A DNA stretch of 63,789 bases, counting the filler, from Octopus bimaculoides (lineage: Eukaryota), in NCBI RefSeq assembly GCF_001194135.2. It is 7 parts of 7 records of this genome, joined end to end, with 100 filler letters (N's around TTAATTAATTAA, not from the genome) between each part and the next. Parts side by side here need not be neighbours in the genome. Positions count along the whole stretch, not along the records: positions 62,303 to 63,789 come from NC_068984.1; 6 more parts are not named here. The stretch is one strand, 5' to 3'. The notes below the pieces were generated by a model. That model did no database searches. It was given only the letters and a program-made list of their open reading frames with translations, and was not told the DNA's origin. Of the stretch, positions 63,681 to 63,789 are shown piece after piece; the stretch's first letter is position 1, and each line of letters starts with the position of its first letter. The translations under genes were made by a program, and so were the position numbers.

Positions 63681-63789
63681 CTAAATTGACAATAACGGTA
63701 ATGACAAATTTTTAAGTTTGTTTGACATATTATAAGTGTGAAGGGGATTAAAATTTCGATATTCAATATCAAAGGTTCCCACGAGTATA

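Overview
AT-rich, gap-ridden eukaryotic draft sequence. The SINE families, dense CA/TA/TAA microsatellites and LINE content strongly resemble a coleoid cephalopod, probably Octopus; this is recognition from memory, not a search. I find no convincing internal host protein-coding exon, and most ORF-track entries are microsatellite or N-gap artefacts. The window is a transposon graveyard: about 25 tRNA-derived SINE copies from at least 4 families, three R4/Dong-type LINE fragments sitting in (TAA)n tracts, two CR1-type fragments, three Penelope-like element (PLE) remnants, an internally deleted Helitron, a 91-bp mini-Helitron, Tc1/mariner- and pogo-type remnants, MITE/foldback elements, and a 3.35-kb 10-bp satellite with higher-order structure. 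Six 100-bp artificial spacers (44 N + TTAATTAATTAA + 44 N) mark scaffold joins. The most interesting signal is an ORF-less ~465-495-nt tandem repeat at 26 kb whose two copies together give a canonical type I hammerhead ribozyme (retrozyme or PLE-terminal-repeat-like). Several degenerate hammerhead motifs lie at PLE-like ends elsewhere. A candidate NRF1-type promoter and first exon lie near 62.7 kb. Coordinates of decayed repeats are approximate (tens of bp).
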